Shown in pieces: positions 1 to 7,296 of a stretch of DNA of 41,962 bases. This DNA is from a virus (Duplodnaviria > Caudoviricetes). The stretch spans positions 1 to 41,962 of IMG/VR virus record IMGVR_UViG_3300042557_001224; one strand, 5' to 3'. Each line of letters starts with the position of its first letter. The first letter of the stretch is position 1. The position numbers were made by a program, and so were the translations under genes. Below the pieces are notes generated by a model, which worked only from the letters and a program-made list of their open reading frames with translations, did no database searches and was not told the DNA's origin.

Positions 1-254
1 GCGCCCGGAGCGTCATCGTGGCATGCGACTACCTCGGCGCGCACCGAGTGTCCCGGAGCGAGCTCGAGAGGCCCCTCTACTACCAGATCGGGCAGTAGGA
101 ATGTGTCTACCTCGGCCAGCGTGGCGTGACCGGTGGCCAGATCGGTGAACCGCACCATGACCGGCACACTCTCGTCGACCACAACGCCGAGAATGACCAA
201 AGTCGGACACGCGGCTATCGGCCGGGCCTGTGCGCAGGTTGTGCAGCTCATGGG
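1..254. repeat. Terminal direct repeat, left copy (circular overlap)
   Basis: Identical to 41709-41962 except T127 vs C41835. Confidence 0.97.
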
Positions 255-562
255 GTCGTGGCGGGTTCTGGTTGATCCTCGGTAGCGGGCACCGGCTCCT
301 GTGCATCGGGCTTGCTGTCGACCGCCATGAGTGCGGGCTTGGGCCGCAGACCCTTCTCGCCGGAGCGATACATCTGAATGCCCATGCGCTGCAGCATCTT
401 GTAGATCTCGGTCTTGCGAGCTTCATCGAGCTCGTGCGGCGTCAACTTCGCGGCCTGCTCTCCAAAGATCGCCATGTCGACCAGACGCAGCAGGTCCACG
501 TCGGAGATCGAGCGCCGCATCGGCCGCTCTTTGGTCTTGAACTTCGGCAGCGAGTTGCTCAT
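248..562 (-). CDS. Hypothetical protein (104 aa), first gene of the leftward late unit
   Basis: MSNSLPKFKTK...; ATG sits 4 nt after a TTTCTTTG element; its TGA overlaps (ATGA) the start of the next gene across the circular junction. Confidence 0.75.
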   Translation of the reverse strand: MSNSLPKFKTKERPMRRSISDVDLLRLVDMAIFGEQAAKLTPHELDEARKTEIYKMLQRMGIQMYRSGEKGLRPKPALMAVDSKPDAQEPVPATEDQPEPATTP

Positions 563-566
563 GGTA

Positions 567-597
567 CAAAGAAACGAAACGCGAGCGGCCCGCACAA
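567..597 (-). promoter_or_regulatory. Bacteroidota-type promoter TTG-N20-TTTCTTTG
   Basis: TTG at 597-595, 20-nt spacer, TTTCTTTG at 574-567, then TACC-ATG. Confidence 0.65.
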
Positions 598-657
598 GTG
601 CCGCATCGATGGAGCTCTCTCAACGGTCAGACAAAAAACCCCGATCATAAACATATA

Positions 658-692
658 TCGGTTTTTATTTCTCCGAAGGAGAATAAAACCGA
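658..692. other. AT-rich imperfect inverted repeat with GAA loop
   Basis: TCGGTTTTTATTTCTCC-GAA-GGAGAATAAAACCGA, a 15-bp stem with two 1-nt bulges. Confidence 0.6.
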
Positions 693-770
693 GCGCGCGC
701 GTGTAATCCGGCTCGGGGCCTGCGAAGGTTCAGGAGCCGCGTCCCGGAGGGCCTTCGAGGTATCTGGACC

Positions 771-925
771 TGTCCGCGACCTGTCCGGTTCTTGGTCCGG
801 TCCTCTGCTCGTCTGGAGTCCGTTTGGCTGTCCGACACCACACCGCCGTATGTCTTCTGCCCGCGTCCGTCGCGGTCTTTGTGGTGTTCGGATATGTCCG
901 GAGGACTGTCCGGAGAGCTGTCCGG
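771..925 (+). repeat. TGTCCG(G) short direct repeat cluster
   Basis: TGTCCG at 771, 782 and 829; TGTCCGG at 895, 907 and 919 (12-bp period). Confidence 0.6.
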
Positions 926-929
926 CCTT

Positions 930-961
930 CTAACCGTTCGTCACAGAGCTAACCGTTCGTC
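930..961 (+). promoter_or_regulatory. Tandem CTAACCGTTCGTC boxes (candidate operator/activator site 1)
   Basis: Copies start at 930 and 949; same 19-bp spacing at 9103/9122 and 10001/10020. Confidence 0.75.
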
Positions 962-971
962 CCAGAAAATA

Positions 972-1002
972 TTGTGGGAACGACTTCTGTATCTTTTCTT
1001 TG
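972..1002 (+). promoter_or_regulatory. Early promoter TTG-N20-TTTCTTTG
   Basis: TTG 972-974 and TTTCTTTG 995-1002; identical architecture at 9144 and 10042. Confidence 0.7.
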
Positions 1003-1034
1003 TATCAATCGAAACAACAAACACCTCTCACCAA

Positions 1035-1256
1035 ATGAACACCGCCACCACCGTCTGCTTTTTCGAAGGATCCTACCAGATCGAGCGCATCGTCACCGAT
1101 CGCCGCGTAGCCGAGGATTTCCTGATCTACAAGATGGGCGAGCTCGAGGCCCACCGCCAATCTGGCAAGTATTGGGCCAGCGTCGAAAAGAACGGACGCA
1201 CGACGCACTACGGATACAAGGACGGCATGCTGTGCGTTCACGCCTTCGCCAACTGA
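1035..1256 (+). CDS. Hypothetical early protein (73 aa)
   Basis: MNTATTVCFF...; preceded by the AAACACCTCTCAC leader and a predicted promoter. Confidence 0.75.
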   Translation: MNTATTVCFFEGSYQIERIVTDRRVAEDFLIYKMGELEAHRQSGKYWASVEKNGRTTHYGYKDGMLCVHAFAN

Positions 1257-1297
1257 GCCCACGACACAACACACAAACCTCTCAAACACTCCTCACA

Positions 1298-2044
1298 ATG
1301 ACCATCACAGCAGAACGTCGCAGCGAGATCGCCGCAAAGATCCGCGCCCTTCGCGCCAAGACCATCGAGAACGGTTGCACCGAGGCCGAGGCCATGGCCG
1401 CTATGGCCAAGGTCGAGGCCCTTATGGACCGCTACCGCTTCGAAAAGAGCGACATCGGGATGGAAGAGCCCGAAGAGAAATACGGCCGTGGCACCAAGTC
1501 CGGCTACGGCACCCGGCATGCCAAGTCCACCAAATGGCATCCCACCGTTGGCACGTGGGCGCTGCTCGCCAAGATGTGCGGCGTGAAGATCTGGACGACA
1601 TCACGCGATGGCAACGTGAACGCCTTCGGGGCTCAGGAGGACGTTCTGAGCATGTGGTACTATATGGACCTCGTGCGGGCTGCCTCTGAGACATCTTGGG
1701 CCAATGCGCACCACCTGAGCGGATACTCCCAGAGAGTCGCCTTTATGGTGGGGTTCTGCGATGGCGTCAACGCCAAGGTGCGGGAGATCATGGAGGCCCG
1801 CAAGGCAGCAGATGCTGCCCAGAACGGAGAGCGCGGCGTGATGCGCATCGGCCGCGATGCGGTCCTGCAAACTCGCTATCGTAATTTCGCGGCGCAAGAG
1901 GGTCTGCGTCTGCGCACCAAGTCCTATGGCGGCGGATCAGGCCAGCAGACCGGAAGGAACGAAGGCCGCGCGGCAGGATCGAGCGTCAACTTCGGCGGCG
2001 CTCGTTCGTCCGTGGGAGGCTCTGCAAAACGCATCAACAACTAA
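1298..2044 (+). CDS. DUF2786-domain protein
   Basis: N-terminal KIRALRAKT..NGCTEAEAMAAMAKVEALMDRY fits the DUF2786 pattern; C-terminal AFMVGF motif and Gly-rich tail. Confidence 0.75.
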   Translation: MTITAERRSEIAAKIRALRAKTIENGCTEAEAMAAMAKVEALMDRYRFEKSDIGMEEPEEKYGRGTKSGYGTRHAKSTKWHPTVGTWALLAKMCGVKIWTTSRDGNVNAFGAQEDVLSMWYYMDLVRAASETSWANAHHLSGYSQRVAFMVGFCDGVNAKVREIMEARKAADAAQNGERGVMRIGRDAVLQTRYRNFAAQEGLRLRTKSYGGGSGQQTGRNEGRAAGSSVNFGGARSSVGGSAKRINN

Positions 2045-2049
2045 AGACC

Positions 2050-2283
2050 ATGAGCGACACGAAGAAAACTGGAGGCCCGGCGTACCCGACAGCATACAAC
2101 TGCTACGATGGTGTCGGCGGTTTCACGACTGAGTATGTCAACGGAATGACCCTCCGCGACCACTTCGCAGGTCTGGCGATGGCGGGCGACCTTGGTTCCG
2201 GGGGCTTCATTCGTGACCAGTACGAAGCGGCAAAGTGGTACTATGCAATGGCCGATGCCATGCTCAAAGCCCGTGAGCAGTAA
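2050..2283 (+). CDS. Conserved small phage protein
   Basis: GGPAYP...GMTLRDHFAGLAM...YAMADAMLKAR, a widespread phage small-protein pattern. Confidence 0.8.
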   Translation: MSDTKKTGGPAYPTAYNCYDGVGGFTTEYVNGMTLRDHFAGLAMAGDLGSGGFIRDQYEAAKWYYAMADAMLKAREQ

Positions 2284-2302
2284 CCAACTAACCATCAGAA
2301 CA

Positions 2303-2521
2303 ATGGCAAAGACGAAGAAAGAGAAGTGCGCCTACTGCCACGGGTTCGGCCTAGCGGCCGACCTGTGGGGCGCGGGATATCGCTGGACGGTCCAAAAGGG
2401 GCAGACCAGCATGACGGCGCGAGTGAACTGCGACCGGTGCGGCACCGGCGGCACGCCGTCTGGCGAGACCGTTGCGGAGAGATCCCGCCAGCGACTGGCC
2501 GCGATCAAGAACAAACGATAA
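2303..2521 (+). CDS. Small zinc-finger protein (DnaJ-like CxxCxGxG)
   Basis: CAYCHGFG and CDRCGTGG motifs. Confidence 0.7.
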   Translation: MAKTKKEKCAYCHGFGLAADLWGAGYRWTVQKGQTSMTARVNCDRCGTGGTPSGETVAERSRQRLAAIKNKR

Positions 2522-2540
2522 CACCAACAACCAGAAGACA

Positions 2541-3122
2541 ATGACCGAACAGAATAAGACAAGGGTTTCCGAGCTGCTGCGGCGGCTCAACGCACCGGCG
2601 CAGCACCTGAAGCTCGTCGAAGAGGTAAAGGAGCTCACCGAGGCCATCCAGACCGGCGTGGGCATACCCGAAGAAATGGCGGATGTGGGGATCGTGCTGC
2701 AAGGGCTCGCGATATCGCACGGCGTCGATCTCAATGCGGTGATGGCAAGAAAGCTGCGCGTGCTCCTGCGGTCGCAGTGGGTGCCGGTGGGTGATGGAAC
2801 CTTCAAGCGCATCAAGATCGAGGGCGGCGAGATCCCGGCACCCCCGAAGGACGACAGCCGCAAGCCCGACCTCTCGCTGCTCTTCCGCGCCTTCGGCCCC
2901 GTGCTGGACGATCTGGCGCGCTTGACCAGCTTCGGAGAGCAGAAATACTCGCCGCTCGGATGGCGCGAGCAGAAGGACGGCGAGGCCCGCTACATCAGCG
3001 CCGCCATGCGTCACCTCTCCGCGCACCTCTCCGGCACCACGATCGACACCGAGAGCAATCTGCCCCATCTGGTGCATGCAGTTTGGTCCTTGATGGCGGC
3101 GCAATATCTGCACGACCAATGA
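2541..3122 (+). CDS. MazG-like nucleotide pyrophosphohydrolase fused to a DUF5664-type dATP/dGTP diphosphohydrolase domain (MazZ-like)
   Basis: N-half KLVEEVKEL...EEMADV (MazG acidic motif); C-half GEQKYSPLGW...RYISAAMRHL...DTESNLPHLVHA (DUF5664 pattern); located next to datZ and purZ. Confidence 0.75.
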   Translation: MTEQNKTRVSELLRRLNAPAQHLKLVEEVKELTEAIQTGVGIPEEMADVGIVLQGLAISHGVDLNAVMARKLRVLLRSQWVPVGDGTFKRIKIEGGEIPAPPKDDSRKPDLSLLFRAFGPVLDDLARLTSFGEQKYSPLGWREQKDGEARYISAAMRHLSAHLSGTTIDTESNLPHLVHAVWSLMAAQYLHDQ

Positions 3123-3147
3123 TCGACAAACACATCACAACACCAGA

Positions 3148-3657
3148 ATGGAAAAAGTAAGCACCCCCTACCTCGTGCGTCGCATGATGCACACGAAGCG
3201 CTGGACCATCATCAACACGGCGCGACCCCAGACGATCGCCGAGCACACCTGCGGCGTCATGATGCTGCTGGACAGCGAGGCTACAGACGCCGGGCTCTCG
3301 GCAGAGCAGCACCTTGCGCTGCTCCGGCACGCGCTCTATCACGACGCCTTCGAGGTCGTGTCTGGCGACATGCCGGGATCCTTCAAGCGTAACAACGCAG
3401 AGGTCAAGAGCGCGATCTCGAAGGCCGAAGAGGCCGCGAGCTGGGTACCGTCTGCGGAGTGTCCTCCGGAACTGAAGCACCTGATGCGCGCCGCCGATCT
3501 GGCGGAGTCCGTGATCTACCTCGATGACGCCGGTATCGGACGCCGTGCACGCCGTGTGACCGAAACGCTCCGCGCGATGGTCGAGAGTACCGGCTTCTCA
3601 CACCTCTTTTTCGAAACCAACAAACTCAACGACGATGAAGACTTGGGCAATCATTGA
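3148..3657 (+). CDS. datZ: HD-domain phosphohydrolase, putative dATP triphosphohydrolase
   Basis: KRW...QTIAEH...ALYHDAFE..SGDMP...AADLAE (YfbR/DatZ-type HD motifs); directly upstream of purZ. Confidence 0.8.
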   Translation: MEKVSTPYLVRRMMHTKRWTIINTARPQTIAEHTCGVMMLLDSEATDAGLSAEQHLALLRHALYHDAFEVVSGDMPGSFKRNNAEVKSAISKAEEAASWVPSAECPPELKHLMRAADLAESVIYLDDAGIGRRARRVTETLRAMVESTGFSHLFFETNKLNDDEDLGNH

Positions 3658-4648
3658 CCTCCAATTCGGCAGCACGGGCAAGGGCCTGATCGCCGGGATC
3701 CTTGCGAAGAAATGGGACGCAACACACGCGGTGACCGCGTGGGGACCGAACGCCGGGCATACGTTCATACACGCAGACGGCACCAAGGAGGTGCGCACGA
3801 TGCTGGCCAACGCCACGGCCCACAAAGGCCTGAAGATGGTGATGATCGGTCCCGGCTCGGTGATCGACGTGCCAGCGCTCCTGCGCGAAATGGACGAGGC
3901 CGGATGGAGCACGGACCGGTTGATCATCCACGACCACGCGTGCATCTTGCAGCCGCGACATGCCGAGGCCGAGGCAGCGTTCGTGCGGATCGGCTCCACC
4001 ATGAAGGGCACGGGCCGCGCCGCCATCGAACGCATGGAGCGCGACCCGGACACGAAGATCATCGCGCGCGATGCCCTCGATGGTCCCCTGCGCTCATGCT
4101 TGCGCACGCCGCTGCAGTACATGACCGAGCTCGCATCGGCAGAACGGGTGCAGATCGAGGGCGCACAGGGCTTCGGTCTGAGCCTCTATCACGGCGAGTG
4201 GCCGCACTGCACTTCTCGAGACGTGTCGACGCACCAGACGATGGCCGACTGCGGCATGCCTTTCGGGCGAGCTCCGCACGTCGTAGGATGTGTACGCACC
4301 TACCCGATACGCGTATCGAACCGCGTAACACCAGATGGTTCCGTGCACAGCAGCGGCCCCGGATATGGAGACCAGATCGAGACATCCTTCGCGGAGATCG
4401 GACAAGAGCAGGAGGTGACCACCGTCACCAAGCTGCCCCGCCGCATCTTCGAGTGGAGCGATGCGCAGTTCCTGCACGCGGCCAAGCAGAACGGCGTGCA
4501 AGACGTGTTCCTGAACTTCGTGAACTACCTCGAGGACGGAAGCATCAAGAAGATGGCGCGATTGGGCCACATCCGGCGCGTTGTCGGTGATCTGTTGATG
4601 GCGGAGGGTCGTGGGCCGCGCGAGGATCAAGTCGAGTTCATGCGATGA
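3635..4648 (+). CDS. purZ: N6-succino-2-amino-2'-deoxyadenylate synthase (2-aminoadenine biosynthesis)
   Basis: Adenylosuccinate synthase motifs with PurZ signatures: QFGSTGKG (Ser where PurA has Asp, GDEGKG), GPNAGHT, EGAQG, TTVTKLPRR, and LNFVNY where PurA has TKLD. Confidence 0.93.
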   Translation: MKTWAIIDLQFGSTGKGLIAGILAKKWDATHAVTAWGPNAGHTFIHADGTKEVRTMLANATAHKGLKMVMIGPGSVIDVPALLREMDEAGWSTDRLIIHDHACILQPRHAEAEAAFVRIGSTMKGTGRAAIERMERDPDTKIIARDALDGPLRSCLRTPLQYMTELASAERVQIEGAQGFGLSLYHGEWPHCTSRDVSTHQTMADCGMPFGRAPHVVGCVRTYPIRVSNRVTPDGSVHSSGPGYGDQIETSFAEIGQEQEVTTVTKLPRRIFEWSDAQFLHAAKQNGVQDVFLNFVNYLEDGSIKKMARLGHIRRVVGDLLMAEGRGPREDQVEFMR

Positions 4649-5277
4649 GCGCCTCGATCACGATATCCAGCGGCATCCTGCGCCACGCGGTCTACCGGAA
4701 CGGCGACGCCATCCGCCTACTGGTGCACATCATGCTGATGATCGCAGAAGAGGAAGCGGCGCACACCGGCACGGAAGAGCGCGAGGCCGGTGTGCTGGTG
4801 CGCTCCATGTACGAGCTCGGTCTGACCCTGCGATGGAGCAGGTCGAAGACCGTGCGCACCGCGGAGGCCCTGCGCAAGGCAGACGCTATCAAGACGCGCG
4901 CGGTGCCCAGTGGTACCGAGATCAAGTGCCTCTACTACTCACGCCCCGAGGCGCCCCGGAAGGAGCGCCCGGCGGCGGCGAGGCGCAAACCGGCACCGGA
5001 GCCCAAGAAGACACCAGAAGAGCGCGCGGCGCGATTTGCGGAGGCCTGCAGCGCTGTGATCGAGCTCGACCCCGCCAGATTGCCAGAAGCTCTGCGCAAG
5101 GAGTTCTACGCATATTGGACCGAGCAGAACGAGAGCGGTGTCTTGCGCTTCGAGAAGCAACCCTTCTTCGATCACGCCCGGCGCATGGACACATGGAGGC
5201 GGAACGCCGAGAGCAAGGGCTTCAGCGCTGGTCCCAGTGAGCCGCGCAAGTCTGGCATCTGGAACCCCCGCGCATGA
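4645..5277 (+). CDS. Putative replication initiator / helicase loader
   Basis: N-terminal wHTH-like segment, low-complexity linker, C-terminal FYAYWTE...RFEKQ..F...RMDTW; ATGA-coupled to dnaB. Confidence 0.6.
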   Translation: MSASITISSGILRHAVYRNGDAIRLLVHIMLMIAEEEAAHTGTEEREAGVLVRSMYELGLTLRWSRSKTVRTAEALRKADAIKTRAVPSGTEIKCLYYSRPEAPRKERPAAARRKPAPEPKKTPEERAARFAEACSAVIELDPARLPEALRKEFYAYWTEQNESGVLRFEKQPFFDHARRMDTWRRNAESKGFSAGPSEPRKSGIWNPRA

Positions 5278-6617
5278 GCATCACCGGAGCATCTACGGCC
5301 TCGGAGGGCACCATCGATCTGGAGCAGGCGCTGCTCGGCGCTGCAATGATGGACGGCAGAGGTCTGTCGGCGCTGGTGCGGATCCTCGCTCCGGACTCGT
5401 TCCACGACGAGAGACACATGCGCATCGCTGCCGTGATCATTTCACTGCACACGGCCAGTGCTCCGGTCGACATCATGACCGTGACGCAGGAGCTGATCCA
5501 GCGCGAGCAGCTCGCGTCGGCCGGAGGGGTGGTCTATGTAAGCGGCCTCACGAACCGCATCGCCAGCACCGCGAACTCCGAGTGTCACGCCCGGCTCATA
5601 GCTGAGCGCCACGCGCTGCGCTCCTTGGCCCGAGTGGCCTCCGATCTGGTCCAGAGCTCCGGACATGCCTCCGACCCGTTCGACGCGATCCGAGGCGCTC
5701 AGAATGCCCTCTCCGGGGTCATGAGCAGGCTGACCGCCGGTGCGGATGTGTCGCGCAACGCTGCTGAGGGCATCGGTGCGCTCGTGGACACAGCTCCGAC
5801 GCCGCCCGGATACAATCTGGGGGTCGCAGCCCTCGATCAAGTGCTCTCTGTGCAGCCGGGCCTGCCCTACGTCTTCGCTGGCAGGCCCGGCATGGGCAAG
5901 TCGATCATGTCGTGCGCTATCGCTTGGCATATGACGCTCGCTGGCGAGGCGCTGCTCTTCTCGCCAGAAATGACCCTCCGCCAAGTGCAGGCCCGCATCC
6001 TGTCCTTGGAGAGCGGCGTACCCTACTCGACGATCTTGGCCCGGCGCATGGACGCGCACCAAGTCGATCTGACCGCAGAATGTGCGAACCGCATCGCTGG
6101 GCGGCTCGCGCTGCTCCGCGTGAACGAGACCTCGGCCATAACACCGGAACAGGTGCACGCGGCCGCAGAGCGCTTCCGCAAGGAGACAGGCAGCGCAGGG
6201 TTCGTGTTAGATCACCTGCACAAGATGAGCACAGGAGATCGACGCGTGGACAAGGACGAGACACCTCGAGTGTCGCAATGCATGGAGGGGCTGACGCGCA
6301 TCTGCAAGGACACCGGCCTCTTTGGTGTGATCATGTGTCAGCTGAACAGACAGGTCGAGTCGCGGAATGACCGCCGCCCTCGCTTGGCAGACCTCAAACA
6401 GACGGGTCGCATCGAAGAGGACGCGGCCGGTGTCGTGCTGCTCTACCGCGACGGCTACTACCAGTCGCCACAGCCCTACGAGGACCTGCTCGAAATGGCG
6501 GTCGCAAAGAACCGCGACGGCTCGTGCGATGTGGTGAGCACGCCATGCGTGCCAGCCCTGAACCGTGTGGGTTACTGGAGCGACGGCGCGCCCCTGCGTA
6601 ACTACAACAACTTTTGA
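5274..6617 (+). CDS. dnaB: Replicative DNA helicase
   Basis: DnaB N-domain (LEQALLG, VDIMTV), Walker A GRPGMGKS, SPEM, QLNR, RPRLADL, KNRDG. Confidence 0.93.
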   Translation: MSITGASTASEGTIDLEQALLGAAMMDGRGLSALVRILAPDSFHDERHMRIAAVIISLHTASAPVDIMTVTQELIQREQLASAGGVVYVSGLTNRIASTANSECHARLIAERHALRSLARVASDLVQSSGHASDPFDAIRGAQNALSGVMSRLTAGADVSRNAAEGIGALVDTAPTPPGYNLGVAALDQVLSVQPGLPYVFAGRPGMGKSIMSCAIAWHMTLAGEALLFSPEMTLRQVQARILSLESGVPYSTILARRMDAHQVDLTAECANRIAGRLALLRVNETSAITPEQVHAAAERFRKETGSAGFVLDHLHKMSTGDRRVDKDETPRVSQCMEGLTRICKDTGLFGVIMCQLNRQVESRNDRRPRLADLKQTGRIEEDAAGVVLLYRDGYYQSPQPYEDLLEMAVAKNRDGSCDVVSTPCVPALNRVGYWSDGAPLRNYNNF

Positions 6618-6629
6618 CCATATAAAATC

Positions 6630-7295
6630 ATGGGCACGAACAACAAACTACTGACCACGATACGGGAGGCGCTGGATAAGTCTATCGCTGATGTAGAAAA
6701 GGCATGGCAACGGCCGAGTGAATTGTATGACCCGGTAGAGGAAGAGAGAGCGCTGCTTAAAGCGGCAAAAGATGCCCTTGCCGCCCTCGACCAACTGGAG
6801 GCACATCAGGCGGACATCGGCAAGCTGGTGGATGAAGTGTCAAACACCGTTCAGGCCGTAGTCGCCGCGTTCGAGCGGAAGTGCGGCCTCAGCGAATACA
6901 GCGACAAAAACAAATCGCTCGTCAAGTCCATGCGCGATGCAGCTGACGCCCTTCTCTATGGTACCTACACCGCCGCCAAGTCCGCCGCACCAGCACAGCA
7001 GCAGCCCAAGCGGTTGACGGATGAGGAAATCAAGGCGGAAATGATGCGCTACGACGAAAGCCTTGAGCAGAACACCAACTTCGACGTGACGGAGGTGCTG
7101 CAAATGGGGACGGCTTACGGAGCCGGGATGCGCTACGCCCGCGACAACGGCTACCTCGGCGGGTTAAGCGTGGAGGAGGTGATGTCTGAAGTTCACGAAG
7201 CATTGGTGGCAAAGGGTATCAAGTTCTCGGACAAGACGCTGCCAGTAGAACAAGACCTCCGCGCCCGCCTAACCGCCAAACTTCAAGGCAAATGA
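6630..7295 (+). CDS. Hypothetical protein (221 aa)
   Basis: Open frame filling the gap between dnaB and the convergent terL; A-rich leader. Confidence 0.65.
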   Translation: MGTNNKLLTTIREALDKSIADVEKAWQRPSELYDPVEEERALLKAAKDALAALDQLEAHQADIGKLVDEVSNTVQAVVAAFERKCGLSEYSDKNKSLVKSMRDAADALLYGTYTAAKSAAPAQQQPKRLTDEEIKAEMMRYDESLEQNTNFDVTEVLQMGTAYGAGMRYARDNGYLGGLSVEEVMSEVHEALVAKGIKFSDKTLPVEQDLRARLTAKLQGK

Positions 7296-7296
7296 C

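Noticed and set aside
3635-4648. Ordinary purA auxiliary metabolic gene
   Set aside because: It lacks the GDEGKG Asp and the TKLD motif, has GSTGKG and NFxN, and is flanked by dNTP hydrolases, all pointing to PurZ
6630-7295. Recently acquired gene with atypical composition (similar impression for parts of 18000-23100)
   Set aside because: More A/T-ending codons by eye only; not quantified and no flanking mobility signals
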